IMG/VR virus record: IMGVR_UViG_3300015189_000001
Span: 1 to 47,474 of that record
DNA from: a virus
Reading direction: 5' to 3' (one strand)
DNA length: 47,474 nucleotides
In this document: one piece after another, positions 7,503 to 14,252 of the stretch
How the letters are laid out: each line of letters opens with the position of its first letter
Numbering within the stretch: position 1 is the first letter of the stretch
Translations under genes and position numbers: made by a program
The notes under the pieces: generated by a model
Seen by the model: the letters and a program-made list of their open reading frames with translations, nothing else
What the model was told of the DNA's origin: nothing
The model's database searches: none

Positions 7503-7579
7503 TGGAGGATCGCGACGGAGTTGCACCGCCGTCTCACGAGGTTGCGCCCCGTGCGCTCTAGCTGTTGAGCTATTGAACC
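7503..7579 (-). ncRNA. tRNA-sized degenerate tRNA-like element (77 nt, ends in CCA)
   Basis: On the minus strand: D-arm-like TA-GCTC-AACAGCTA-GAGC, stem CACGG/TCGTG with a 9-nt loop, T-arm-like GGCGG-TGCAACT-CCGTC, then GCGATCC-T-CCA. The acceptor pairs at only 4 of 7 positions. Confidence 0.3.
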
Positions 7580-7867
7580 ATTGGTGCCGCTACACTGGAA
7601 AGATCCCAGCTAACGGCATGACAACTGCGCGCCCTGGACTTGCACCAGGATTCCCTCCGTTGTGACCCGGATTACAAGTTCGGGGATGGATTATCAGTCC
7701 ATCCGGTGGGGGTCGTGCTCGTTAGACTAACGCCGCATCCACAGGATACCATAGCGCCCCACCGTCGTCAAGGCACCACAACGCCGCCGTGATAAGCGAC
7801 GGGCGTTGCGGGCCGATGCGGAACTGTGAAGGCAAGGGAGAGTGGAGTGGGGACAGTATAGCACAGG

Positions 7868-8125
7868 CTAGCGGGCCCATGCTCCCATCTCTACCATGCA
7901 ATCCCGATACGCGATACTCGCGGCGTCGGTCGAATAGTACCACGCTTTCCACGAGCCATCTGGCAACTCTTCCAATTGGTAGATCTCTGTCGTCACACGG
8001 AAATACGCCTCTCGTGAACCGCTAGCGTGAACGTAGTAGCATGGAAACTTGCCCCAAAATGCCTCCTTGAAGTCGTGCGTTGTCGTCGTACCAATGGAAT
8101 TGCTGTGCGTTTGTGGAAATTTCAT
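7868..8125 (-). CDS. Hypothetical protein (85 aa)
   Basis: Last ORF of the early-left chain. ATGA-type coupling to 8122..8457. Confidence 0.55.
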   Translation of the reverse strand: MKFPQTHSNSIGTTTTHDFKEAFWGKFPCYYVHASGSREAYFRVTTEIYQLEELPDGSWKAWYYSTDAASIAYRDCMVEMGAWAR

Positions 8126-8457
8126 CGTGTCCCTTCTTTCGTATTGTCCCGCACCCGCGCCGCCAGCCCGAACGCCGCCCCGCGCAGCGTGGCCACGAGG
8201 TGCGCCGGGTCGTCGGTGTCAAGCACGGACTCCAGCAGCTCGCGCAGCTCGGCCTCGTGGAGCGTGGCGACAGCGGCGCGGATCTCGGCACGGCTGGCCG
8301 GGCTCCAATAGTCGGGTAGGTCAGCGATGATCGTGCGCCACTCTGCGCGGGTATACGCCTTTTCTATGTAGAGCTCACCATTCATCGGGTCGGCGTAGCC
8401 AGCGCGCGCGAGGGCGGCGATCTCGGCGTCGGTCAGGGGTGCGTCGTTGGTGCTCAC
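8122..8457 (-). CDS. Hypothetical protein (111 aa)
   Basis: ORF with plausible composition in the co-directional chain. Confidence 0.6.
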   Translation of the reverse strand: MSTNDAPLTDAEIAALARAGYADPMNGELYIEKAYTRAEWRTIIADLPDYWSPASRAEIRAAVATLHEAELRELLESVLDTDDPAHLVATLRGAAFGLAARVRDNTKEGTR

Positions 8458-8475
8458 AGTACGACCTCCTAGTGC

Positions 8476-8628
8476 TTAATCTTTGTTCCACTTGATTGAT
8501 ATATGTGGCCAACGCTCATAATAGGCGTGACTTATGTCGTAGGAAACCTGCCACCAGCCGAGCCAAAAGATACGAAAAACAGGCCCGCTCCAATGTACGC
8601 CGATCAGGAAGAACGGCCATTTTCTCAT
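8476..8628 (-). CDS. Small Trp-rich hydrophobic protein (50 aa)
   Basis: MRKWPFFLIGVHWSGPVFRIFWLGWW... ATGA overlap with the upstream stop. Confidence 0.45.
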   Translation of the reverse strand: MRKWPFFLIGVHWSGPVFRIFWLGWWQVSYDISHAYYERWPHISIKWNKD

Positions 8629-8834
8629 CGCTCGCCTCGCTTCGTCGGCAGCCGCCGCCCGGCCATTGCGCCCGGCGTGTTGACGACAGTCGGCAGCAGA
8701 TCGACCGCGCCGCCCTGCTTCCACGCGACGGTGAAATAGCCGCCGCAATAGCGGCACAGCACCGTGTCACCGGTCACGCGACCGCTCAGGTCGTACCAGG
8801 CTTGGCAGTGCGGGCACGGGTGGGTGGTGGTCAT
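8625..8834 (-). CDS. Zinc-ribbon protein (69 aa)
   Basis: CPHC...CRYC. Confidence 0.55.
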   Translation of the reverse strand: MTTTHPCPHCQAWYDLSGRVTGDTVLCRYCGGYFTVAWKQGGAVDLLPTVVNTPGAMAGRRLPTKRGER

Positions 8835-9031
8835 CTCGTGTTCCTCACTTCATCAAACGAATGCCGCCCGCGCGTGTAGCGCACACTGCGCGGATTGCGG
8901 CGCGGGCCACGCGGGCGCTTGGTGGGCAGGCGCTGCGGGTCGAATGGCACGGACAGGCGGCCTTCGGCAATCCAGCGGTAGATTGTCTTGGGGGTGACGC
9001 CGCACAGCGCGGCAGCTTCGCGGGCGGTCAT
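8831..9031 (-). CDS. HTH DNA-binding protein (excisionase/MerR-type HTH)
   Basis: MTAREAAALCGVTPKTIYRWIAEGRL. Confidence 0.65.
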   Translation of the reverse strand: MTAREAAALCGVTPKTIYRWIAEGRLSVPFDPQRLPTKRPRGPRRNPRSVRYTRGRHSFDEVRNTR

Positions 9032-9381
9032 GAGGGCACCCCAAACTTTTTATCGAGCATATCGCAGAAGCCATTAACCGATGTATTTGTGCGCTCGATC
9101 ACCGTAAACCGCTCACCGTGCGCCACCCCCGCGCTGATCGTGAACAAGTAGTCGGTGTTGAGCATGTCGTAGAACGTGTCCAGTGTCATGCCCTGTGCAA
9201 TAACTGTCAGGTGGTAGCCGCGATACTCAAATGCGGTTGTGAGTGTAATTACCGACGGCTCACGCATCACCCGCTCGCCCGGCGGCTCCGCGTGCGCGTC
9301 GGCCGCGGTGATCGGCGTCGTCACATCGGCGTAGCGCGACGGGCGCGCGCGGGTGATGGATTTCATCGGGGTGTCAGTCAT
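9028..9381 (-). CDS. Hypothetical protein (117 aa)
   Basis: ORF in the chain, starting MTDTPMKS. Confidence 0.5.
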   Translation of the reverse strand: MTDTPMKSITRARPSRYADVTTPITAADAHAEPPGERVMREPSVITLTTAFEYRGYHLTVIAQGMTLDTFYDMLNTDYLFTISAGVAHGERFTVIERTNTSVNGFCDMLDKKFGVPS

Positions 9382-9416
9382 CGGAATGCTCGCTTTCTTG
9401 TGGGGATTATACAATG

Positions 9417-9905
9417 CTAGACAAGATACAACACACAATTCTTTTCGTTTCGCGCCTTGCTGACCAAGATGCGCCGCTCAGCTGCTTCAAGCATCAACCG
9501 CATATCTCGGCTGTCGACCTGCACACATGCGGTCGCGGTCAATCCGACCGCTGCCAATCGCGCCGCCGCAATGTCGAGTACCTGATCGGCGTAGCCGACT
9601 GGGCAGCTCAGCAAGAGTTCGTCACCGCCGCGTTTCACAATCCGTACGTCGTCCGCGCGCCGGAATGCCAGGTGCCACACCCCGCGCACACGCCGGTCAG
9701 CCTCGCTGTGTCCGTGGGCGGTGTTAAAGGCCTTGAAGTTGTCAAAGTCCAGCAGGATGAGATCGCGGCGGCGGCGGTCGTGATGTACCAGGAACAGGCC
9801 AGCGGCGGCGGTCAGGATACCGTAATTCGGGTCGTAAGCCAGCGTGCGGATGACGGCAAGCAGGGCGACGATGATGGCGATGAGTAGTGCGATGATCGAG
9901 TACAA
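9417..9905 (-). CDS. Membrane-anchored minimal GGDEF-type nucleotide cyclase (GGDEL variant)
   Basis: N-terminal TM YSIIALLIAIIVALLAVI, then DPNYGILT, LILLDFDNFKAFNTAHGHSEAD, RGGDELLL and ILVSKARNEKN, which together match the GGDEF-domain landmarks. TTG start. Confidence 0.65.
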   Translation of the reverse strand: MYSIIALLIAIIVALLAVIRTLAYDPNYGILTAAAGLFLVHHDRRRRDLILLDFDNFKAFNTAHGHSEADRRVRGVWHLAFRRADDVRIVKRGGDELLLSCPVGYADQVLDIAAARLAAVGLTATACVQVDSRDMRLMLEAAERRILVSKARNEKNCVLYLV

Positions 9906-9934
9906 TGTGTTAGGCCTTTCTGGAGGCTTAGGCG

Positions 9935-9966
9935 GTGCTGAGATCGAGTTGTAGCCCTCTCAGCAC
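9935..9966 (-). other. Hairpin (9-bp stem GTGCTGAGA/TCTCAGCAC) just upstream of the GGDEF-like gene
   Basis: Inverted repeat read directly. No U-tract. Confidence 0.4.
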
Positions 9967-9978
9967 TGCCGATCAATT

Positions 9979-10140
9979 TTACGTGATTCCCTTGCCCTTC
10001 AGCGCGTCCCGGAGCGCCGCAAGGCTCTCAGCGGTACCAGCGCCCTGCGTGGGTGCTGGCGTGGGGTGCGTCGGCTGGCCGGTCTTGGCGGCTACGACCG
10101 CGCGGTCGAAGTCGGCGTGGGTGGGCGGGTCATTCGGCAT
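9979..10140 (-). CDS. Small hypothetical protein (53 aa)
   Basis: MPNDPPTHADFDRAVVAAKTG... The ATG overlaps the upstream stop. Below the track cut-off. Confidence 0.4.
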   Translation of the reverse strand: MPNDPPTHADFDRAVVAAKTGQPTHPTPAPTQGAGTAESLAALRDALKGKGIT

Positions 10141-10255
10141 TGGGCGCTCGCTTCAGCGTCTCAGCTGCGAGCGCGATGGCGTGCGACCATCCGCGCGCCT
10201 TGCCGTTCGCCAGCAGGCTGCGGGCGCGGCTCAGGATGCGTTGGGCATCACTCAT
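10130..10255 (-). CDS. Small hypothetical protein (41 aa)
   Basis: The MSDAQRILSRARSLL start overlaps the stop of 10248..10436. Confidence 0.4.
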   Translation of the reverse strand: MSDAQRILSRARSLLANGKARGWSHAIALAAETLKRAPNAE

Positions 10256-10436
10256 CGTCATCAGACTCATCGGCATCAGACTCATCGGCATAGTCATGGG
10301 CGATGCGCCAGCAGATGTCAATTAACTGCTTCCTCGCGCGTTTTTCCTCGTCGCTCAGTTCCGTGTCGTCCATGTACTCTTGACAGTCCTTCAGGTCGAT
10401 CAACGTGTTCTGAAACCGGCAGTAACTCATGTTCAT
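10248..10436 (-). CDS. Small acidic protein (62 aa)
   Basis: MNMSYCRFQNTLIDLKDCQEYMDD... The tail ESDADESDDDE is encoded by a 15-bp tandem duplication (10261..10290). Confidence 0.55.
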   Translation of the reverse strand: MNMSYCRFQNTLIDLKDCQEYMDDTELSDEEKRARKQLIDICWRIAHDYADESDADESDDDE

Positions 10437-10476
10437 CGTGTATCCTCTTTCTCGCTTGTCGGATTAGTTCGGATAA

Positions 10477-10959
10477 TTACGCCCCCGCGAACCGCCCCGC
10501 CGCGCACAGCCGCCGCCCGAGCTGCGCCCGCATCGTGTCCAGCGTGGCTGCCGTGCGCGCCAGGGCAGGCCCCGTCAGCAGCCGCTCGGTCATATACGCC
10601 GACAAGTGGAGCGGCGCGGGCGTCAGCGGCTCATCGTCGGCGTCCAGTTCGAAATCGCAATCACCGGCCTGCTCGTCAAGCAACTCTAGCGCCAGCTCAT
10701 ACGCCCCGACGTGCCAACACGGCTTGCGAGCGGGGCAATCACACACGCCGCACGACACCGTGTACTGCGCGCCCGGGCGGTTCGCGCTCGTGACATGCAG
10801 GTCGTACATGTCCCAGGTCAGCTGTGCGCCCTTGGCGATGTTCTCGCACACGCGAGAGAGCACGGCGATGGCGGCGGTGTCACCGTGGCGCGTGGCCGTG
10901 GCGATGAGCTCGGCTGCGCGGTCTGCGATGCGGGCGGTGGTGGGAAGGATGTGGGTCAT
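10477..10959 (-). CDS. SWIM zinc-finger protein (160 aa)
   Basis: CGVCDCPARKPCWHV fits the CxCx(n)CxH pattern. Confidence 0.6.
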   Translation of the reverse strand: MTHILPTTARIADRAAELIATATRHGDTAAIAVLSRVCENIAKGAQLTWDMYDLHVTSANRPGAQYTVSCGVCDCPARKPCWHVGAYELALELLDEQAGDCDFELDADDEPLTPAPLHLSAYMTERLLTGPALARTAATLDTMRAQLGRRLCAAGRFAGA

Positions 10960-11135
10960 GATTGCTGTCCTTTGATTGCGATGTAGCACAGGCCTTTCGC
11001 CATCGCCTGTGCAATTGTCGGGTCGACGCCGAACTTGATTGAAGCGTTATACCGATCCTGTTCCGTAATTGTCTGGATGATGATCGTCCGTTTGTGCTTT
11101 GTGTGAGTGAGTTGGTTGTCGATCATCGCTAACAT
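10956..11135 (-). CDS. Small hypothetical protein (59 aa)
   Basis: MLAMIDNQLTHTKHKRTIIIQ... TAATG and ATGA coupling at the two ends. Confidence 0.45.
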   Translation of the reverse strand: MLAMIDNQLTHTKHKRTIIIQTITEQDRYNASIKFGVDPTIAQAMAKGLCYIAIKGQQS

Positions 11136-11284
11136 TACTTCCCCGCCGCCTTCCGTACCAGCTTGCTCTTGGCCGTGCGCCGCTCGCTCTTCGTGATGTC
11201 CAGCGGCGCCGCTTTGACCGGGCCACTGAACGCGGGGCGGGTGGCGGCGTAGGCGGCGAGGGCGGCTTTGGTGGCGTCGGTCAT
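11135..11284 (-). CDS. Small basic protein (49 aa), first gene of the early-left operon
   Basis: MMTDATKAALAAY... lies downstream of the predicted TSS. GAAAGG lies upstream of the ATG. Confidence 0.45.
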   Translation of the reverse strand: MTDATKAALAAYAATRPAFSGPVKAAPLDITKSERRTAKSKLVRKAAGK

Positions 11285-11333
11285 CATTGCGGGGGCCTTT
11301 CGTGTTGCGTTGCTTTGTTTCTGTGTTACCATT

Positions 11334-11361
11334 ATTATAGCACGCCGTGTTAGTTTGTCAA
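11334..11361 (-). promoter_or_regulatory. Consensus sigma-70 promoter TTGACA-16-TATAAT (leftward)
   Basis: Hexamers read on the minus strand. It drives the 11284-to-7868 gene chain. Confidence 0.7.
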
Positions 11362-11378
11362 TACCCAATATTGCCTTC

Positions 11379-11407
11379 TTGACACGGATTATAGAATTTG
11401 CTATACT
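11379..11407 (+). promoter_or_regulatory. Consensus sigma-70 promoter TTGACA-17-TATACT (rightward)
   Basis: Read directly. It is followed by an AAGGAG SD and the ATG at 11445. Confidence 0.7.
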
Positions 11408-11444
11408 GAGCAGCACCAAGTATCATGCGAAAAGGAGCAACCTT

Positions 11445-11693
11445 ATGCAGGTATCAAGCATGCCGGTCAAAAGCCGATTGAAATTACTCTTGTCGGAGAA
11501 GAACACAGAGCGTATTCGCGCTGGGGAAGAGCCTTGGAAACTGCGCGAGCTGGCCGAAGCCGCAAACCTATCACCATCAGTCGTGTCTGGTCTCACATCC
11601 AATCGCGCCAAACAGGTGCATTTCGACACGCTCTATAAGCTCTGTAAAGTGTTGAACTGTACGCCGGGGGATATTCTGGGGATTGAGGAGTGA
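11445..11693 (+). CDS. XRE-family HTH regulator (82 aa)
   Basis: WKLRELAEAANLSPSVVSGLTSNR...LCKVLNCTPGDIL is a typical Cro/CI-type HTH. Confidence 0.8.
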   Translation: MQVSSMPVKSRLKLLLSEKNTERIRAGEEPWKLRELAEAANLSPSVVSGLTSNRAKQVHFDTLYKLCKVLNCTPGDILGIEE

Positions 11694-11720
11694 GGCTTGT
11701 GTATAAAATTCAGACACAAC

Positions 11721-11755
11721 AAAAGTCCCTGATCGAATGTTCGATCAGGGACTTT
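11721..11755. terminator. Bidirectional intrinsic terminator
   Basis: Perfect 15-bp stem AAAGTCCCTGATCGA / TCGATCAGGGACTTT with a 4-nt loop, between convergent genes. Confidence 0.7.
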
Positions 11756-11807
11756 GCTAGACCATCGCTCCCGACTCTCGCACGAAGGGAGCTAGATCGT
11801 CAACATA

Positions 11808-12425
11808 TCAGGGGTCGGTCGTGAGGTTATCCAGGTGCCAGTTATCGCCGCCCGTATTCGTTACGGTGCAGGTGTACTGCATCCTGATATTTGCGCCGAA
11901 CCCGTTCTGTGAGTCCACATAGGCATGGTTGCGAAACTGAACCGCACTCAACTTTTCGGTCTGGGTATCAATCGAGGATGGAAATACCGCCGTGGCAGGT
12001 GCCTTCAGTCGGTCGGTCACGAACTGCTTACACATCAGGTATGCGCCGACCGCATCGGGTGCCGCTGGTGGCGCTGGTGCTGATGGCGCGGTAGCTCGGG
12101 GTCGAGTCGTACCCGCAACAAGCGCAACAAATACAAGAAGAACCGCTGCAATCCCACACACAATAAAAAACGGGTGTATCCCCTTTTTTACGGGCGGGGT
12201 CACAGATGCCAGCATCGGCGGCGCGTTCTCAAATCGCGCATTGCAGCTCGGACAGCTCGCGGCCCCAGGCGCAACCGACGCATGGCACACCGAGCATTGC
12301 GGGCCGCTGGGGGTCGCCAGCCGACGCGGCCCGCTCGGCAGTTCCCGCCCGCAGTACCGACACACAACCGCTGCCGCCTGAATTGTTTCTGCGCAGAATG
12401 GGCACTGCTTCGTTGTTTCGCTCAT
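11808..12425 (-). CDS. Double zinc-ribbon / TM / extracytoplasmic-domain membrane protein (205 aa)
   Basis: CPFC...CRYC and CSVC...CPSC, then TM FFIVCGIAAVLLVFVALVAG, then a C-terminal globular domain. GGAGGGG SD. Confidence 0.7.
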   Translation of the reverse strand: MSETTKQCPFCAETIQAAAVVCRYCGRELPSGPRRLATPSGPQCSVCHASVAPGAASCPSCNARFENAPPMLASVTPPVKKGIHPFFIVCGIAAVLLVFVALVAGTTRPRATAPSAPAPPAAPDAVGAYLMCKQFVTDRLKAPATAVFPSSIDTQTEKLSAVQFRNHAYVDSQNGFGANIRMQYTCTVTNTGGDNWHLDNLTTDP

Positions 12426-12532
12426 CGATTCCCCTCCGTGCTACGTTGCTATGCATGGGAACCGGCGAGCATGGCCGGAATAGTTTTGGCACGCAATTGT
12501 CAAGAGAGTAGAGCTTTTAACTATATCCTCAC

Positions 12533-12561
12533 TTGACGGTGCAATATCAAAGGATTATACT
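12533..12561 (+). promoter_or_regulatory. Sigma-70-like promoter TTGACG-17-TATACT pointing into the 3' end of the repressor gene
   Basis: Hexamers and spacing read directly. Confidence 0.55.
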
Positions 12562-12657
12562 TTTTTAACAATCCCCTACCTAGCGCAGTTGTGCGCTGTC
12601 TTTGCGCCCCTGGCTCCGTGCCTCGCACGCCCACCGACGCTACACCCAAAAGGATCG

Positions 12658-12900
12658 ATGATGATGCGATTGATCGTTGGGCATGGCCTCTTCTTAGCGG
12701 CTGGGCTTTTTTCAGTTTCTTTTGACCGGTTCGTGTATCGACTCGCCTGTATCGGCATTATGATCGCCATGCGGGTACTTTGGATGCGTACGCGAACTCG
12801 TCGCACTACCCAGGATCTCGCCGACGCCGAGCGCGTTTTCGTGGCGGAACGTCAGCGGCGGGCTGCACATCGCGCTCGGCAGCGGCACGAAGTATACTAA
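12658..12900 (+). CDS. Possible small 2-TM membrane protein (80 aa), or a non-coding antisense transcript
   Basis: MMMRLIVGHGLFLAAGLFSV...LACIGIMIAMRVLW. AAAGGA lies upstream. It overlaps the convergent repressor gene by 95 nt. Confidence 0.35.
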   Translation: MMMRLIVGHGLFLAAGLFSVSFDRFVYRLACIGIMIAMRVLWMRTRTRRTTQDLADAERVFVAERQRRAAHRARQRHEVY

Positions 12901-13198
12901 TCGTTTCAATAACGCGATCTAGCTCCTCGTCGGAAAGTGTAAGCGCCAGCGCTGCGAACTCTGCGCGACGATTCGGTTGTGGGTCTCCGTCAAACAAGAG
13001 ACTTGCGACCTTTTCCACTTGCCCATGAATAAGCCGAACAAAACGAACCATCAGATCAAAGCTGGGGACGTAGCGCCCCGCTTCCCAATCTGATACCGTG
13101 CGCTCGACAACGCCAAGCTCCTCGGCGATGTCACGTTGCGTCAGCCCTGCTTCATTGCGTTGACGCTGAAGATAGACCCCTACTGCACTCATATTCAT
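12806..13198 (-). CDS. CI-like repressor (XRE-family HTH, 130 aa)
   Basis: LTQRDIAEELGVVERTVSDWEAGR. It is divergent from a cro-like gene across an operator-rich spacer. Confidence 0.75.
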   Translation of the reverse strand: MNMSAVGVYLQRQRNEAGLTQRDIAEELGVVERTVSDWEAGRYVPSFDLMVRFVRLIHGQVEKVASLLFDGDPQPNRRAEFAALALTLSDEELDRVIETISILRAAAERDVQPAADVPPRKRARRRRDPG

Positions 13199-13236
13199 GT
13201 CCCTCAGTATCCCACATTACGCAATAAATTTCCATA

Positions 13237-13262
13237 GAAGCATACTTCTAGAAATATGCTTC
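13237..13262. promoter_or_regulatory. Operator pair GAAGCATACTTC / GAAATATGCTTC (together a near-perfect 26-bp palindrome)
   Basis: Read directly. Same GAAG-N4-CTTC architecture as 13302 and 13335. Confidence 0.6.
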
Positions 13263-13293
13263 AAAATGACCCCTTGAGAACCCTTTATACCTG

Positions 13294-13322
13294 TTGGCTC
13301 GGAAGTAGACTTCGTTTATACT
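13294..13322 (+). promoter_or_regulatory. Rightward early promoter TTGGCT-17-TATACT
   Basis: Read directly. Operator 13302..13313 lies inside the spacer. Confidence 0.55.
13302..13313. promoter_or_regulatory. Operator GAAGTAGACTTC
   Basis: 12-bp palindrome (GAAGT-N2-ACTTC). Confidence 0.6.
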
Positions 13323-13334
13323 GCTTCTATACCG

Positions 13335-13346
13335 GAAGTTCACTTC
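13335..13346. promoter_or_regulatory. Operator GAAGTTCACTTC
   Basis: 12-bp palindrome between the -10 element and the SD of the cro-like gene. Confidence 0.6.
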
Positions 13347-13361
13347 TACCAAGGAGTTCTC

Positions 13362-13583
13362 ATGAGCGAGCCATTTGAAGACCGCCTCATGCGCGCCATT
13401 AAGCGACTAGGCAAAACAGAAGCAGAGCGCGCGGCTCGGCTCCAATGTACCGTGCGCGCCGTTGACTACTGGGGCGAAGGCAAGGGCTTGGCTGCCCGCC
13501 TCGCGCTACTAGAAGACCTCGGTGTTATCCGCATTCTTGACACCCCCGATCAGCAGCCCGTCGCCGAGCAGGTGGCCGCATGA
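13362..13583 (+). CDS. Cro-like small regulator (73 aa)
   Basis: First gene after the rightward promoter. AAGGAG SD. An HTH-like segment AARLQCTVRAVDYWGEGK. Confidence 0.55.
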   Translation: MSEPFEDRLMRAIKRLGKTEAERAARLQCTVRAVDYWGEGKGLAARLALLEDLGVIRILDTPDQQPVAEQVAA

Positions 13584-13846
13584 CACCCACCACCGCACCG
13601 CTCGAACCCCCGCCCGGCATGCCCGACGACGACGATGGCAGCCCCGATGGCGGCGGGCCTCCACGCCGCGCCGCACTCGCCAACGCGCGCTTTGCCGCGC
13701 AGAACTGGGCGAACGTGACCGGCGTGCAAAAGTACGTCGTTGAAAACGGCCCGTACGTGTTTGTCGCGTTGATGCCGATCTGGAGGATTGGCATCAACGC
13801 GACCTCGACGCGGGGCGGGCAGTCAAGTGGGACGTGCAGCCTGTAG
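13580..13846 (+). CDS. Hypothetical protein (88 aa)
   Basis: ATGA overlap with the upstream gene. Confidence 0.5.
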   Translation: MTPTTAPLEPPPGMPDDDDGSPDGGGPPRRAALANARFAAQNWANVTGVQKYVVENGPYVFVALMPIWRIGINATSTRGGQSSGTCSL

Positions 13847-13931
13847 GTTAGGGTAAATACTGACAATCGTAGTATAGACGGACGACGCCGCCCGTTCAAT
13901 CCGGAACACGCACGATAAAGGGACGTTTTGT

Positions 13932-14249
13932 ATGCACCCAATGCGGAAAAGTGTTGCACTCGATTGCGCACTGATCACGACAACCAGCGCGTGGGCCTTC
14001 TGGCTCGCGCAACACAAAGAGTTTGAGCCAGATTTCACCTGGGTGCAGGTCGTGGTTGGGACGCTGGTGTGTCTCGGTCACGCGCATGCGCAAGGGGTGG
14101 CGTCGGGTGGCGACTGGCAGGCACAGCAATGGCGTGTGGTGCGGTCGTTCATCGTCGGCGGCACGCCGATCATCATTGGCGAAATAGCCCAGTGGCTCGC
14201 CCGCCCCGCAGAACGTGCGCGGGTGTTACGCGATTTCTCGGAGGACTAA
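13932..14249 (+). CDS. Hypothetical membrane protein (105 aa)
   Basis: Several hydrophobic segments. Confidence 0.5.
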   Translation: MHPMRKSVALDCALITTTSAWAFWLAQHKEFEPDFTWVQVVVGTLVCLGHAHAQGVASGGDWQAQQWRVVRSFIVGGTPIIIGEIAQWLARPAERARVLRDFSED

Positions 14250-14252
14250 GAC

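Noticed and set aside
7281-7568. 95-aa TTG-start ORF inside the gene-free region.
   Set aside because: It has no SD, it runs straight through a perfect 16-bp hairpin terminator and the tRNA-like element, and its composition is implausible. The region is better explained as non-coding.
7503-7736. Possible tmRNA. The 5' GGATGCG can pair with 3' CGC(G)ATCC-T-CCA, next to a T-arm-like hairpin.
   Set aside because: The acceptor needs a bulge and has A3:U70 instead of the G3:U70 alanine identity pair. I found no tag reading frame ending in a typical ...AA-stop. At 234 nt it is short, and T-loop position 55 is G. I kept it only as an unexplained structured RNA.
10261-10290. 15-bp tandem duplication TCAGACTCATCGGCA x2.
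   Set aside because: It lies in-frame within a small gene and simply encodes a duplicated acidic tail (ESDADESD). It is not an independent element.
9935-10975. 346-aa plus-strand ORF.
   Set aside because: It is antisense to several coupled minus-strand genes, including the SWIM protein. It is a Ser/Arg/Ala-rich low-complexity translation with no SD or promoter context.
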